From assembly GCA_049602735.1 (NCBI GenBank), contig JBMYRW010000002.1, forward strand, positions 3,760 to 67,759: a DNA stretch of 64,000 bases. The letters are read 5' to 3'. Origin of the DNA: Thermoplasmatota archaeon. GTDB lineage: Archaea > Thermoplasmatota > E2 > JACPAO01 > JAHFTW01. Positions 28,484 to 37,560 of the stretch are shown piece by piece (within the stretch, counting starts at the first letter, position 1; every line of letters starts with the position of its first letter). A model generated the notes under the pieces. It was not told the origin of the DNA. It saw only the letters and a program-made list of their open reading frames with translations, and ran no database searches. The position numbers and the translations under genes are program-made.

Positions 28484-29119
28484 ATGGGCGTCCGCCCAGC
28501 GGACATCGAAAGGGATGCCAAGGCGCTAGAGAAGCTTTGGCTAAGCAAGGACCTCCAGCTCGTACCAGATTCGAACGTTACGCCGCTGAAAAATGCCAGA
28601 GCCTCCCCAGAATTACGGCGTTTGAAAGAATATACGGTTGACGGCCAAGAACTACGCTGGCTTCGCATGGGGCTTGTAATGCGTGGCAAGCACGCCGATC
28701 TGGAGTACATAAATGAAATTAAAAGGGCACTTAGGCGTACGCAAGGCGACCCTGCTGTTTACGTAGCTCAGGCTGTTCAGTGCGGGGCGTTGGCTGAGGT
28801 TGTAACCTGGGCCGAAGCTACTTACGTTGCAGCTCAGGCAAGAATCGCGGTTAGAAAATTCATTGACCAAATCGAAACCACGACAGTATTTGTTGACATG
28901 GATGACGACTCTGATTATGTAGGGAATTTGGTCCTTTCAAGATTGAGGGTTAATTCACCAGATTGCTTCTTGCTTGCAGCAAGCGGAAGGGCGGTTTCCA
29001 TAGCTAAGAACGCCATGGGTGTGGTTGGTGCGCCCTTCGGGTATTCGATGAAAATCATAGACGAAGGAAATGTCTTCACTACACTGTTCACTCGAAAATT
29101 TATTGGCATGGAAGACTAA
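28484..29119 (+). CDS. Hypothetical protein (low-GC cassette, gene 2)
   Basis: 211 aa with normal protein composition and non-native codon usage. No family recognised. Confidence 0.55.
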   Translation: MGVRPADIERDAKALEKLWLSKDLQLVPDSNVTPLKNARASPELRRLKEYTVDGQELRWLRMGLVMRGKHADLEYINEIKRALRRTQGDPAVYVAQAVQCGALAEVVTWAEATYVAAQARIAVRKFIDQIETTTVFVDMDDDSDYVGNLVLSRLRVNSPDCFLLAASGRAVSIAKNAMGVVGAPFGYSMKIIDEGNVFTTLFTRKFIGMED

Positions 29120-29213
29120 GCGTCGCAGCCATGCGCAGCATTGCTGAACAAAGCTTACGGGCACCTGACCCCGTGCGATAACCCCTTCACCTTTCCCTCC
29201 AACTCTCTCTCCT

Positions 29214-30119
29214 GTGCGCCGCGCGCTGTTCGCCCTCATAGGGGTGCTCCTTCTGTTGGTCGCGGCCGACATCGGCCTCGACGCCTACATGTCCAGCGTC
29301 GCCGCCGACCGGATGGGCAACCACGACTTCGAGCGGGACCACGTCGTGACGCCGGCCGACTACGGTATGGCCTTCGAGGCGCTGCGCCTCGATTCGGACG
29401 GCCTCGCCCTGGCCGCCTGGTGGATCCCCGGCAACCAGACCGCCCCCGTGGTGGTCCTGGTGCATGGCCACGGCGCCACCATGGCGAAGTCCCTGGAGCG
29501 CTGGGGTCCGAACCTGCACGGTGCCGGCTACAACCTGTTCGCCGTCGATCTGCGCAACCATGGCGCTTCCGACGATGGCCCGGTCGGCGTCACATTCGGC
29601 GCCTCCGAGTGGCGTGACGTCGCTGCGGCCGTGGCGGCCGCCCGTGAGCGCGCCCCTGGTGCGCCGGTGGCACTGTACGGATCCTCCATGGGGGCAGCGA
29701 CGGTCCTCCTGGCAGCCGCTCAGGACCCCACGATCGCTGCCGTGGTCGCTGATTCAGGGTACGCCAGTTTCCGCTTCCAGGCCCACTTGGACGGCAAACA
29801 GGAGGGCTTCCCAGCTTTCCTCATCGACCGGGCGCTCGACGCCATGGACGAACGCGCCGGCGGTGGCGCGGACGCGCCCACGAGCGTCGATGCAGTGGCC
29901 GCCATCCAGGCCATCCGGGCCCCTGTGCTGGTGGCCCATTGCGCCGATGACGCAAGGGTGCAGCCGGCCTCCTTCGAGCGCTTGGCACCCTACGCGACGC
30001 AGACCTGGTTCGAGCCCTGCCCGACCGCCGTGCTCAGCGAGACGCACCACGTGGAAGGCTTCGCGCAGCCAGGCTACAACGAGATGGTGCTGCGGTTCCT
30101 CGCGGCCGCGATGCCCTGA
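29214..30119 (+). CDS. Alpha/beta-hydrolase fold protein with an N-terminal membrane anchor
   Basis: HGHG oxyanion motif, GxSxG nucleophile elbow (YGSSMGA), Asp/His triad candidates. N-terminal hydrophobic helix. Confidence 0.8.
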   Translation: MRRALFALIGVLLLLVAADIGLDAYMSSVAADRMGNHDFERDHVVTPADYGMAFEALRLDSDGLALAAWWIPGNQTAPVVVLVHGHGATMAKSLERWGPNLHGAGYNLFAVDLRNHGASDDGPVGVTFGASEWRDVAAAVAAARERAPGAPVALYGSSMGAATVLLAAAQDPTIAAVVADSGYASFRFQAHLDGKQEGFPAFLIDRALDAMDERAGGGADAPTSVDAVAAIQAIRAPVLVAHCADDARVQPASFERLAPYATQTWFEPCPTAVLSETHHVEGFAQPGYNEMVLRFLAAAMP

Positions 30120-30157
30120 CGCAGCCCCTCTTTAGCGGACGCCACGGTGCCGCCCGC

Positions 30158-30781
30158 GTGCACCTCTACGGTCACCTCTCCTCAGGCAACGCGTACAAGC
30201 CGTGGCTGCTGCTCAAGCTCCTCGGCCGCGACTTCGACCACACGCCCACCGGTTTCTGGGAGGAGACGCGGATGCCCGAGTTCCGGGCGCTGAATCCGAA
30301 TGGCAAGGTGCCGGTCCTGGTGGACGACGACTTCGTGCTCTGGGAGTCCAACGCCATCCTCTGCTACCTGGCGGAGGGGACGCCTTGGCTGCCGCGGGCG
30401 GACGAGGCAGGCGGCCGGACCCGGGCGAAGGTGCTGCAATGGCTGTTCTTCGAGCAGTACAGCCACGAGCCGTTCGTCGCCACCATGCGGGCGGCCATGC
30501 ACTTCCAGCCTGTGGGGCCGGAGCGGGACGCCTTCGTCGAGGGCAAGCGCAAGGGGGCCGAGCACGCCCTGGGCGTCATGGAGGGTCAACTGGCGGCGAC
30601 ACCGTGGCTTGCCGGCGACGCGCCGACCGTGGCCGACCTCAGCCTGTTCGCCTACACCTCCACCGCCGAGGAAGGGACGCTCAGCCTCGATGGCTATCCC
30701 GCCATCCGGGCCTGGCTGGACCGCGTGCGGGCCCTGCCGGGCTTTGCACCTCAGCCGCCGTTCGAGGACCCGCGGCTTTAG
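30158..30781 (+). CDS. Glutathione S-transferase family protein
   Basis: Thioredoxin-like N-domain (HLYGHLSSGNAYKPW...VPVLVDDDFVLWESNAILCYL) and helical C-domain. GTG start. Confidence 0.8.
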   Translation: MHLYGHLSSGNAYKPWLLLKLLGRDFDHTPTGFWEETRMPEFRALNPNGKVPVLVDDDFVLWESNAILCYLAEGTPWLPRADEAGGRTRAKVLQWLFFEQYSHEPFVATMRAAMHFQPVGPERDAFVEGKRKGAEHALGVMEGQLAATPWLAGDAPTVADLSLFAYTSTAEEGTLSLDGYPAIRAWLDRVRALPGFAPQPPFEDPRL

Positions 30782-30855
30782 GCCGCTGTTCAGGACAGCT
30801 CTCGGAGGCAGGATGAAAGATCGACCTTCTCAAGCCGCCGCTGCCGGACCATCGA

Positions 30856-31179
30856 CTAGCCTACGATGGCCAGGTCAAGCATGCTGATGCACTGGACCTC
30901 CGCCGCGATTCCCTTCGGGCAAGAAGGAACGATACCGCTGCCGCCGCAGGACTTGCTCACGTAGACCCAGGTCTCTTGGTCGAAAGGATCCATCGCCAGC
31001 CCCACGCCGAGGCCGGTCTCCCGCTCGCACAGGTCGATCAAGCATTGGGGGCCGAGGCCGGTGGACGGTCCAAGCACGAGGATGGGAGCGTCCTGTCCGC
31101 TGCATCCCGGGTAGGCGCCGGCCTCGCCTGGCATGGCAACGGTCGAAAGCAGGCAGGCCACAAGGCAGGTGCGTAGCAT
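30856..31179 (-). CDS. Small secreted cysteine-rich protein
   Basis: N-terminal hydrophobic signal MLRTCLVACLLSTVAMPGEAGA. 10 Cys in 107 aa. Confidence 0.45.
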   Translation of the reverse strand: MLRTCLVACLLSTVAMPGEAGAYPGCSGQDAPILVLGPSTGLGPQCLIDLCERETGLGVGLAMDPFDQETWVYVSKSCGGSGIVPSCPKGIAAEVQCISMLDLAIVG

Positions 31180-31255
31180 AGGTCCTGGTGGCCGCTCACC
31201 TACTTAGGCGACCGGCTACCAGATGTTTTCAGTCGAACCCGACCGGTTGAAGCCT

Positions 31256-32017
31256 TCAGAGGGCCGGTCCGGGGTACGGGCCGGGCACGCAATCGTCGTG
31301 GATGATGCGCGCAGGCCACGCCTCATACGTGGTCCGCTGGGACATGGGCCCACCGAGGCACGTCCATTCCAGGATCTCCTTGCAGTAGGAGGGGATGCGC
31401 AGCGTCGGGGACGCGTCGAAGCAGACGGTCACGCCGCCCGTGTAGCTGTCCGGGTCTTCGCCGGGCTCGCCGGGCGCCGCAGAGGCTGAGCGCACCACGC
31501 GGCAGTCGGCCGTCTTGGGGTGGCTCGATTCAGCGTGGCAGAGGAACTGGAGCACGCGGGCGTCCACGATGATGCAGTCGGTCTGAAGGTTCGTGCCGAC
31601 GTTCACCCAGACGTCACGATGGGGCTGCACGCGCTTCTCCATGTAGAAGAAGCCGTGGCAGGGCGGGTTCGCCTCGGAGCGGGTGCTGCCGCCGTCGCCG
31701 CAGTAGGTCTGCCATTCGACGGGGCCGAGGCGGAACACGGTGTAGGGGCCACCCGGCTGCACGCAGGCGAATCCGGGGAAGGACGGCGACGTGATCACGA
31801 CGGTCGTGCAGGCGAGCGGGTCCTTGCCGGGGCCGATGCCCTGGCTGTCCACGGCCACCGACGTGCGGCGCGCGAGCGGCACTGTCTGCTCCCCCGTGGC
31901 GGGTCCATAACAAGGGGAAGGGGAAGGAGGGTCCTCCGGGCTCGCGACGGCGCCAGGGGCACCCAGGACGAGCAGACCAAGGACGATGCTGGCGGCGAAG
32001 ATGCGAGTGGAGGTCAT
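31256..32017 (-). CDS. Secreted cysteine-rich protein
   Basis: Signal peptide MTSTRIFAASIVLGLLVLGAPGAVASP. About 16 Cys in 253 aa. Confidence 0.6.
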   Translation of the reverse strand: MTSTRIFAASIVLGLLVLGAPGAVASPEDPPSPSPCYGPATGEQTVPLARRTSVAVDSQGIGPGKDPLACTTVVITSPSFPGFACVQPGGPYTVFRLGPVEWQTYCGDGGSTRSEANPPCHGFFYMEKRVQPHRDVWVNVGTNLQTDCIIVDARVLQFLCHAESSHPKTADCRVVRSASAAPGEPGEDPDSYTGGVTVCFDASPTLRIPSYCKEILEWTCLGGPMSQRTTYEAWPARIIHDDCVPGPYPGPAL

Positions 32018-32025
32018 GGTGCACC

Positions 32026-32946
32026 TCAGGACAGGCTCGGGCCGCTACCCGGGGGCGGGCGGCACACGAGGAGCTTGACGTGGAAGGGGCCGACGTGGCG
32101 CTCCGTGGTGCTGCCACTGCCGCCGACGCAGGCGCCGAAGGGCTCCACGTCGATGTCGCATTCGCCGTTGGCGCCCTCATCGTAGCGGCCCCAGACGGCG
32201 TCGCGGATGACGGCGGGGGTGCCGTCGCGGGCGTCGCAGTAGTCGGAGGCGCTGCGGGGGGAGCTCACGCCGCAGCCGGGCACGAGCACGTCGACGCGGT
32301 CGATGACGATCGTGGTGCTGCCGCCGATGGGCTCGGTGCAGGCGAAGCCCTTGCCGACGGTCACCGTGGTGTCGAGGCAGGGGTTCTTGTCCTGCTCCAC
32401 GTCGACCACGACGTCCACGGGGGCCGGCGTGTCGGTGATGGGGCAGGGGTCGATGGGGATGCCGGGCGCGCGGGCGGCGTTGGTGGTGCCGCTGGTGCAC
32501 TGGTACTCGTAGACGGTGACGACGTCGGCGTCCACGATGGGCACGTATTCGCCGTTCCAGACGCACTCCACGAGGTGGATGTAGACGTCGATGCGGCAGT
32601 TGTGGTGCTGTTCGGCCTTGATGAAGGCGACCTGTTCGTTCTGGCGGGGGCAACCGGTGGTGGCCATGCTCAGTTCGATGCGGTCGGTGAGGCCACCGTC
32701 ACAGTAGTAGACGGCCACGCGGTCGCCATCGACCTCGCGTTCGACCTTACCGCCCCAGCCACCGACGCAGATGATGTCCTCGAACACGACGACCTCCTTG
32801 CTACAGTCCTCGCGGCGGGTGATCCGTACCTGGCCGTCCAGGTAGTCCTTCTTCGTACATTCATCCGACTCAGCAGCGGCGCCGGGCACGAAGGCCAGGC
32901 CGGTCATGAGCAGGCTTGCAACAACCAGAAGCGTTGGGAAACGCAT
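32026..32946 (-). CDS. Secreted cysteine-rich protein
   Basis: Internal start MRFPTLLVVASLLMTGLAFVPGAAAES. Over 20 Cys. The R/P-rich 100-aa 5' extension of the ORF was rejected. Confidence 0.6.
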   Translation of the reverse strand: MRFPTLLVVASLLMTGLAFVPGAAAESDECTKKDYLDGQVRITRREDCSKEVVVFEDIICVGGWGGKVEREVDGDRVAVYYCDGGLTDRIELSMATTGCPRQNEQVAFIKAEQHHNCRIDVYIHLVECVWNGEYVPIVDADVVTVYEYQCTSGTTNAARAPGIPIDPCPITDTPAPVDVVVDVEQDKNPCLDTTVTVGKGFACTEPIGGSTTIVIDRVDVLVPGCGVSSPRSASDYCDARDGTPAVIRDAVWGRYDEGANGECDIDVEPFGACVGGSGSTTERHVGPFHVKLLVCRPPPGSGPSLS

Positions 32947-33062
32947 GCCCGCGCATCGGTCACTTCGTTTTGACCTTGTGGCGTGTGCGCGTTGCCTACG
33001 CGGGCCGTCCAGCGGCATCGCGGCCCCCTTCGGCCCCCGAAATCGGCATATAAGGCACCTGG

Positions 33063-35135
33063 GTGGGCGCCAGCATGAGCGACGACCGAACCGAAGAGGA
33101 GCGCCTGGCGGACGAGATGGCCGCCGAGCTCGAGGCAGAGTTCGCGGATCACTTCGATGATGTCGAAGAGACCACCGCCGAACCTGAAGAGGAGCACGAC
33201 CCGTACGACGACGGCCTCTTCGACGAGCCCGACGAGGCGCCCGCACCGGCCGCGGAGCCCAAGGACGACACGATCCAGGTCTCCGAGGAGGCCATCGCCA
33301 AGGCGAAGGCGGCGGCCAAGGGCGCCAAGGAGGGTGACGCGGACAAGGCGCTCGGCGCGCTTTCGGCCAAGAGCGACAAGGGGTACACCCGTCACCCCAT
33401 CGTGAGTGTCCTGGGCCACGTGGACCACGGCAAGACGTCGATCCTGGACCGCATCCGGGGCACCAAGGTGTTCGACCGCGAAGCCGGCGCCATCACGCAG
33501 CACATCGGTGCCAGCGAAGTGCCGATGGAGACGATCCACGAGCGCGCTGGCAAGCTGCTGGCGGGCAAGAACTTCGGTGTCCCAGGCCTCCTGTGCATCG
33601 ACACCCCTGGTCACCACGCCTTCAGCAGCCTGCGCGGCCGCGGCGGCCAACTGGCCGACATCGCCGTCCTCGTGGTCGACCTCAACGAGGGCTTCAAGCC
33701 GCAGACGCTCGAATCACTCAACATCCTCAAGCGCGCCAAGACGCCGTTCGTGGTGGCCGCCAACAAGGTGGACCGCATCGAAGGCTGGCAGACCGGCGAC
33801 AAGCCGTTCATCCTCAACGTGCGCGAGCAGCGCGACGACGTGCTGGCCCGCTTCGACGAGAAGTTCTACACGCTCATCGGCGCGTTCTACGACCAGGGCA
33901 TGCCGGCGGAGCGCTACGACCGCGTGGACGACTTCACCAAGAACATCGCCATCGTGCCCACCTGCGCCACCAGCGGCGAAGGTATCAGCGACCTGCTGGC
34001 GATGCTGGTCGGCCTGGCGCAGAAGTTCCTGGAGGACCGCCTGGAGACCGACGAGGAGCTGCCCGGCGAAGGCACCGTCCTGGAGGTCAAGGAGGACAAG
34101 GGCCTCGGCCAGGCGCTCGACGTCGTCCTCTACGCGGGCTCCATCCGCAGCGGCGATCGCGTGCTGCTCGGGACGCAAGGGGAACCGGTGGAGACGACCA
34201 TCCGCGCCCTCCTGAAGCCGAGTCCCAACGACGACATGCGGGACGCCCGCAAGGCCTTCGAGGACGCCGACGAGATCGTCGCCGCGGCCGGCATCAAGCT
34301 CATCTGCCCCAACGCCGAGGACGTCGTGTCGGGCGCGCCCCTGCGGGTGCTACGGGAGGACAACGAGGAGGAGGCGTGGGCCGCCGTGGAGGCCGCCAGC
34401 CGCATCAACATCCCCCTCGACGACACGGGCCTGTACATCAAGGCGGACACCATCGGCTCCTTGGAGGCGCTGGCGGGCGAACTGAAGGCGCACGGCATGC
34501 GCATCCGCAACGCTGCGGTGGGTGACATCAGCCGCCGCGACGTGATCGAAGCGGCCGCCATGACCGATCCGACCCAGCGCGCGCTCCTGGGCTTCAACGT
34601 CAAGCTGCTCCCCGGCGTCGAGACCGAGGCGGACGAACGGGAGCTGCCCGTCTTCGTCTCCAAGGTCATCTACACCCTGATGGACGAGCACGGCGAATGG
34701 CTCGCCGAGACCCAGCGCCGCATCGCCGCCGAGCAGCGCAAGGAGTACATCCACCCCGCCAAGGTGCGGTTCCTGCCCGGCTGCAGCTTCCGCCAACGCG
34801 ACCCCGCCGTCTTCGGCGTGCGCATCCTGGGTGGCCAGGTGATGCCCGGTCGACCCCTGGTGCGCCAGGACGGCCGCCAGATCGGTCGCATCCAGTCCAT
34901 CCAGAAGGAGAGCCGCACGGTCACGGTGGCGAAGTTGGGCGACGAGGTCGCCCTGAGCGTCCCCGGCCTGACGCTTGGCCGCCAGATCAAGGAGGACGAC
35001 ATCCTGTACATGGACATCCCTGAAGGGGACGCCAAGTGGCTGCTGCGCCAGGGCAACCTGAGCACGGACGAACGCGAGGTCCTGGAGGAGCTCGCCGCCA
35101 CCAAGAGGAAGGAAGACAAGTTCTGGGCCATGTGA
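33063..35135 (+). CDS. infB: Translation initiation factor aIF5B (IF-2 homolog) with a ~110-aa acidic N-terminal extension
   Basis: G-domain motifs (VLGHVDHGKTS, DTPGH, NKVD), beta-barrel domains and C-terminal domain IV. The N-terminus is D/E-rich. Confidence 0.92.
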   Translation: MGASMSDDRTEEERLADEMAAELEAEFADHFDDVEETTAEPEEEHDPYDDGLFDEPDEAPAPAAEPKDDTIQVSEEAIAKAKAAAKGAKEGDADKALGALSAKSDKGYTRHPIVSVLGHVDHGKTSILDRIRGTKVFDREAGAITQHIGASEVPMETIHERAGKLLAGKNFGVPGLLCIDTPGHHAFSSLRGRGGQLADIAVLVVDLNEGFKPQTLESLNILKRAKTPFVVAANKVDRIEGWQTGDKPFILNVREQRDDVLARFDEKFYTLIGAFYDQGMPAERYDRVDDFTKNIAIVPTCATSGEGISDLLAMLVGLAQKFLEDRLETDEELPGEGTVLEVKEDKGLGQALDVVLYAGSIRSGDRVLLGTQGEPVETTIRALLKPSPNDDMRDARKAFEDADEIVAAAGIKLICPNAEDVVSGAPLRVLREDNEEEAWAAVEAASRINIPLDDTGLYIKADTIGSLEALAGELKAHGMRIRNAAVGDISRRDVIEAAAMTDPTQRALLGFNVKLLPGVETEADERELPVFVSKVIYTLMDEHGEWLAETQRRIAAEQRKEYIHPAKVRFLPGCSFRQRDPAVFGVRILGGQVMPGRPLVRQDGRQIGRIQSIQKESRTVTVAKLGDEVALSVPGLTLGRQIKEDDILYMDIPEGDAKWLLRQGNLSTDEREVLEELAATKRKEDKFWAM

Positions 35136-35184
35136 GCCTCTCCCCCCGCGATTTCCTTATCCGTGGGGGAAAACTGGAACCAAC

Positions 35185-36480
35185 GTGACGCGTTTCCTCT
35201 TCGTCTCACTGGACGTCAGCCTCATCGGTGACATCGCCTGGCGCGTAGCCGACGAAGGGCACGAGGTGCGGTACTTCATCGGCGCCGAGGGCGACCGGGA
35301 GATCGCCGACGGATTCGTCACCAAGACCACCGACTGGAAGGCCGACGTGGACTGGGCGGACGTGATCGTCTTCGATGACATCTGGGACGGCGACCACATC
35401 GGCGTCGGCAAGATCGCCCAGGAGCTGCGGGCCAAGGGCAAGGCCGTCGTGGCGGGGACACCGGACACCGACCTCCTGGAAGACGACCGGGGCTTCGCCA
35501 TGAAGATCCTGGAGGAGCACGGCGTCAAGACGACGCGCCACAAGACGTTCACCGACTTCGACGAGGCGATCGCCCAGGTGGAGAAGGACCGCTGCGCGTA
35601 CGTCATCAAGCCCCTGGGCGAGGTGCAGAACGTCAAGCGGCTGCTCTACGTGGGCCACCGCCCCGACGGCGGCGACGTGATCGACGTGCTGCACGCGTAC
35701 AAGAAGGCCTGGGGCCACCGGATGAAGGGCTTCCAGTTGCAGAAGAAGGTCCACGGCGTGGAGATCGCCGTCTGCGGCTTCTTCAACGGCAAGAAGTTCA
35801 TCGAACCCATCAACATCAACTTCGAACACAAGAAGCTCTTCGACGGCAACATCGGCCCCAGCACCGGCGAGATGGGCACCAGCATGTTCTGGAGCCGCCG
35901 CAACCAGCTCTTCAACGAGACGCTGGGGCGCCTGGAGGGCTGGCTCGCCGAGACGGGTTACGTGGGCAGCATCGACCTCAACTGCATCGTCAACGGCACC
36001 GGCATCTACCCGCTGGAGTTCACGCCGCGCTTCGGCTACCCGACGATCATGCTCCAGGCGGCCAGCATGAAGACGCCCATCGGCGAGTTCCTGGCGGGCC
36101 TCGCGCGCGGCGAGGACGTCCAGTTGAAGATCAACAAGGGGTTCCAGGTGGGCGTGCGCATCTGCCTGCCGCCGTTCCCGTTCAGCGACCCCAAGACGTT
36201 CGAAGAGGAGACCAACAACGCGGCGATCGTCTTCCAGGACGGCAAGACCGACGGCGTCCACATCCAGGACGCCAAGCGCGTCGATGGCCAATGGCGCGCG
36301 GCGGGGGGCGTCGTGCTCTTCGTGGTGGGCCAGGGCAACACGATGCAGGAGGCGCGGCAGCAGGCGTACCGCCGCGTCAAGAACATCATCATCCCCAACA
36401 TGTACTACCGCACGGACATCGGCCAGCGGTGGATCGACGGCGACGGCGACCGGCTGCTCTCCTGGGGCTACCTGACCTGA
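35185..36480 (+). CDS. ATP-grasp enzyme of the phosphoribosylamine-glycine ligase (GARS/PurD) family, N-terminally divergent
   Basis: Central and C-terminal GARS signatures (HKKLFDGNIGPSTGEMG ~ HKRVGDKDTGPNTGGMG; LNCIVNG..EFTPRFGYPTIM; YYRTDIGQRWI ~ FCRKDIGWRAI). It lacks the N-terminal GGREHA motif. GTG start. Confidence 0.65.
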   Translation: MTRFLFVSLDVSLIGDIAWRVADEGHEVRYFIGAEGDREIADGFVTKTTDWKADVDWADVIVFDDIWDGDHIGVGKIAQELRAKGKAVVAGTPDTDLLEDDRGFAMKILEEHGVKTTRHKTFTDFDEAIAQVEKDRCAYVIKPLGEVQNVKRLLYVGHRPDGGDVIDVLHAYKKAWGHRMKGFQLQKKVHGVEIAVCGFFNGKKFIEPININFEHKKLFDGNIGPSTGEMGTSMFWSRRNQLFNETLGRLEGWLAETGYVGSIDLNCIVNGTGIYPLEFTPRFGYPTIMLQAASMKTPIGEFLAGLARGEDVQLKINKGFQVGVRICLPPFPFSDPKTFEEETNNAAIVFQDGKTDGVHIQDAKRVDGQWRAAGGVVLFVVGQGNTMQEARQQAYRRVKNIIIPNMYYRTDIGQRWIDGDGDRLLSWGYLT

Positions 36481-36493
36481 AGGCCTGGCTGCC

Positions 36494-37474
36494 ATGATCG
36501 CCGCCTCCCAGAGCCTCTGGCTCGACGTCCTGCTGGTCGCGGCCGGCATCGCCCTCCTGGCCGGCGGCGGCGAAGCGCTCATCCGCGGCGCTTTGGCCAT
36601 CGCCCGACGCCTCGGCATCTCTCCCCTCCTGACCGGCCTCGTCATCGTGGGCTTCGGCACCTCCATGCCGGAACTGGCGGTCTCCGTCGATGCCACCCTG
36701 GCCGGCACCCCCGACATCGCCATCGGCAACGTGGTCGGCAGCAACATCGGCAACATCCTGTTCATCCTGGGCCTCTGCGCCGTCATCACACCCCTGGCGG
36801 TCTCCCCCGTCGCCCTGCGGCGGGACTCCCTGGTGGTCATCGCGGCCAGCGGCTTGTTCGTCCTGGTCGCCTGGGGAGGCGTTGTGGCCCGACTGGAAGG
36901 CGTCCTGCTGCTCACGCTGCTGGCCACCTACGTCGGCTGGACCTACTGGCAGGAACGCGCCAAGGCCGGCCCCCCGGCGGAACTGCACCAACAGGAAGGC
37001 CAAGCGATCGAAGCGGTCCCCCACCGTTGGCCCGTCGCCGTCCTCCTGCTCGTGGCCGGCCTGGGGCTCCTGATCCTCGGCGCCCAGCTTCTTGTCCAAG
37101 GCGCCCAGAGCCTCGCCCGGGAAGCCGGTCTCTCCGAAGCCGCCATCGGCCTCACCGTCGTCGCCATCGGCACCTCCCTCCCCGAACTCTCCGTCTCCGT
37201 CATGGCCGCCACGCGCCGCCAAGGCGACGTCGCCATCGGCAACATCCTGGGAAGCAACATCTTCAACGTCCTGGGGATCCTCGGCGTCGCAGCGATCACC
37301 AGCCCCCTCGCCGTGGGCGAACGCATGGCCAGCTTCGACCAATGGGTCATGCTCGGATCTGCCGTCCTCCTGCTCGTGTTCCTGGCGACCAGGAGGCGGC
37401 TGGGGCGCGTCGAGGGTGGATTGCTGCTTGTGGGGTATGCGGGGTATGTTGGGGCGAGCTTCTTGGTGATGTAG
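36494..37474 (+). CDS. Ca2+/Na+ antiporter (CaCA family, YrbG-like)
   Basis: Two alpha-repeat regions (GTSMPELAVSV and GTSLPELSVSV), ~10 TM helices. Confidence 0.85.
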   Translation: MIAASQSLWLDVLLVAAGIALLAGGGEALIRGALAIARRLGISPLLTGLVIVGFGTSMPELAVSVDATLAGTPDIAIGNVVGSNIGNILFILGLCAVITPLAVSPVALRRDSLVVIAASGLFVLVAWGGVVARLEGVLLLTLLATYVGWTYWQERAKAGPPAELHQQEGQAIEAVPHRWPVAVLLLVAGLGLLILGAQLLVQGAQSLAREAGLSEAAIGLTVVAIGTSLPELSVSVMAATRRQGDVAIGNILGSNIFNVLGILGVAAITSPLAVGERMASFDQWVMLGSAVLLLVFLATRRRLGRVEGGLLLVGYAGYVGASFLVM

Positions 37475-37560
37475 CGTGCTGCAAGGTCGTCAAGAAAAGC
37501 AATGATCTGAACCCGTGGTCGCTTGAACCAATGTAGGGCAACGAGGAAGGTGTGCGGACG

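Larger units (their letters stand above)
28187..29120. other. Low-GC (~50%) two-gene island between ndk and an alpha/beta-hydrolase gene
   Basis: Sharp compositional drop relative to the ~67% GC flanks. Codon usage is rich in A/T-ending codons. The two ORFs are translationally abutted (TAA then ATG at 28481-28486). Confidence 0.5.
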
